Assembly (NCBI GenBank): GCA_942493095.1
Contig: OW818675.1
Span: forward strand, 2,820,001-2,852,000
Length of the DNA: 32,000 nt
From: Candidatus Electronema halotolerans
GTDB lineage: Bacteria; Desulfobacterota; Desulfobulbia; Desulfobulbales; Desulfobulbaceae
Direction of reading: 5' to 3'
Each line of letters begins with the position of its first letter. Position 1 is the stretch's first letter. The notes beneath the pieces are model-generated. The model had not been told where the DNA came from. It searched no databases and was given only the letters and a program-made list of their open reading frames with translations. Position numbers and translations under genes: made by a program. Shown here piece after piece: positions 31,030 to 32,000 of this stretch.

Positions 31030-31683
31030 ATGAAAACATCTGAATTTTCCATAGCCAAAGAAGGCATTCCCTTCATCCTTCTCTGCGCCTTCATCGCCCT
31101 GATTTGCAGCATTCTTCAATACAAGCACGCCGGACTGGGGGCATTGCTGGCCACCATTTTTGTCACCTATTTTTTCCGCGATCCAGACCGGATCCTGCCG
31201 GACGAGCAGAACGCCATAGTTTCGCCTGCGGACGGCAAGGTCATCCTGGTGGAGGAAATTTTTGACGACCGTTTTCTCAAGAAAAATGTGCTCAAAATTT
31301 CCATTTTCATGAATGTCTTCGATGTCCATGTCAACCGCATTCCCTTGGCTGGCACGGTGCGGCGGATTATTTTTCAGCCGGGCCGCTTTTACGCTGCTGA
31401 CAAGGACAAGGCCGTCTTGCACAATGAATACTGCGCCGTCATTGTCAGCCCTGCTTCCGGGCAGGAATACGCTGTGGTGCAGATTGCCGGGCTGATCGCC
31501 CGCCGCATCTTATGCCGGGCCGAGCCGGGAGATCAGCTCAAGACTGGGGAACGCTTTGGCCTGATCCGTTTCGGTTCGCGGGTGGATCTGTATCTGCCGC
31601 AAGGGACAGCAGCGGCGGTGCAGGTTGGGGATAAAGTCAGAGCTGGGGAAACGGTGCTGGCGCGGATGGAAGGAACAGTTTGA
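31030..31683 (+). CDS. psd: Phosphatidylserine decarboxylase proenzyme (short, archaetidylserine-decarboxylase-related type)
   Basis: 217 aa with two N-terminal TM helices. VHVNRIP and the self-cleavage region GLIRFGSRVDLYLP are typical of short Psd proteins. Confidence 0.8.
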   Translation: MKTSEFSIAKEGIPFILLCAFIALICSILQYKHAGLGALLATIFVTYFFRDPDRILPDEQNAIVSPADGKVILVEEIFDDRFLKKNVLKISIFMNVFDVHVNRIPLAGTVRRIIFQPGRFYAADKDKAVLHNEYCAVIVSPASGQEYAVVQIAGLIARRILCRAEPGDQLKTGERFGLIRFGSRVDLYLPQGTAAAVQVGDKVRAGETVLARMEGTV

Positions 31684-31732
31684 TCGTTGCAGGCATATTC
31701 AGGCATCACAGCACCTTGTCTGCTGCCTGAGG

Positions 31733-31819
31733 CATGAGCTGACAAGCCGGTTGATGCTCACGCCGGACTCAGCAGCTCATGTTACACAGCATTCCTGTCT
31801 TGCAAACAAAAATGCTGTG
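31733..31819. other. Two consecutive 9-bp-stem hairpins in a convergent intergenic region
   Basis: CATGAGCTG (31733-31741) pairs with CAGCTCATG (31773-31781). CACAGCATT (31785-31793) pairs with AATGCTGTG (31811-31819). They lie between the psd stop and the stop of the partial minus-strand gene. Confidence 0.4.
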
Positions 31820-31839
31820 CATCTGTTGACCTGACTGCT

Positions 31840-32000
31840 TCAGCTTTCAGCATCATCCTGCTTCAGCATGAGCGGCTTATATTCCCGGGCACCCTGCATT
31901 TCATGATTATACTGGATGATATCCCAGCCATACGTGTTGGCAGCCCGCAGACAGATATGCAGTATGGCGCGTTTGATGCCGTCATACTTCAAGGCCAGTT
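31840..32000 (-). CDS. 3' end of an unidentified gene (continues beyond the window)
   Basis: The frame is open from the window edge to TGA (31840-31842 on the plus strand) and reads ...LALKYDGIKRAILHICLRAANTYGWDIIQYNHEMQGAREYKPLMLKQDDAES. I recognise no family. Confidence 0.35.
   Translation of the reverse strand, partial: LALKYDGIKRAILHICLRAANTYGWDIIQYNHEMQGAREYKPLMLKQDDAES

Noticed and set aside
1-32000. Search for tRNA, rRNA, CRISPR arrays, IS elements, integrases and prophage genes
   Set aside because: No T-loop-like GGTTCGAAT-type motifs appear in the intergenic regions. There are no regularly spaced direct repeats and no transposase or integrase-like translations. The only compositional island signal is around the NACHT gene, and it lacks recognisable mobility genes.

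Overview
This is a compact, fairly GC-rich bacterial chromosomal segment. Gene content hints at a Desulfobacterota-like Gram-negative, but that is inference only. Family calls come from reading motifs in the supplied translations, since no searches could be run. Most of the window is housekeeping: rlmN, mutL, a gltD-family oxidoreductase, cdaA-cdaR, alr, hemW, rlmE, a cbpA/dnaJ-like gene, ssb, an L,D-transpeptidase, ilvBN and psd. I saw no rRNA, tRNA, CRISPR array, integrase or transposase. Four regions stand out. (1) At 5964-8471 on the minus strand, a 56-aa single-helix membrane mini-protein is translationally coupled to a 745-aa NACHT/STAND NTPase. That NTPase has a pentapeptide-repeat C-terminus and an unrecognisable ~230-aa N-terminus. 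The pair lies in a compositionally aberrant stretch with AT-rich palindromes at its 3' edge. It is my best candidate for an undescribed conflict or defence module. (2) At 1-4498, a YejB/YejE-type ABC permease pair has a secreted FecR-domain protein wedged between the permeases. No binding protein or ATPase is present. The neighbours are MORN, DUF4177, PilZ and ICMT-like genes. (3) At 12996-15397 on the minus strand, an operon encodes a protein ending in a 15-residue poly-Asn tract, a three-TM GIDE-like membrane protein and a C-terminally short GlmU-like enzyme. (4) Several small ORFs with good ribosome-binding sites fall below the 60-aa track cutoff or are hidden inside long shadow ORFs. They include a DUF3096-like gene, a 4-Cys mini-protein, and 60-aa and 71-aa ORFs.
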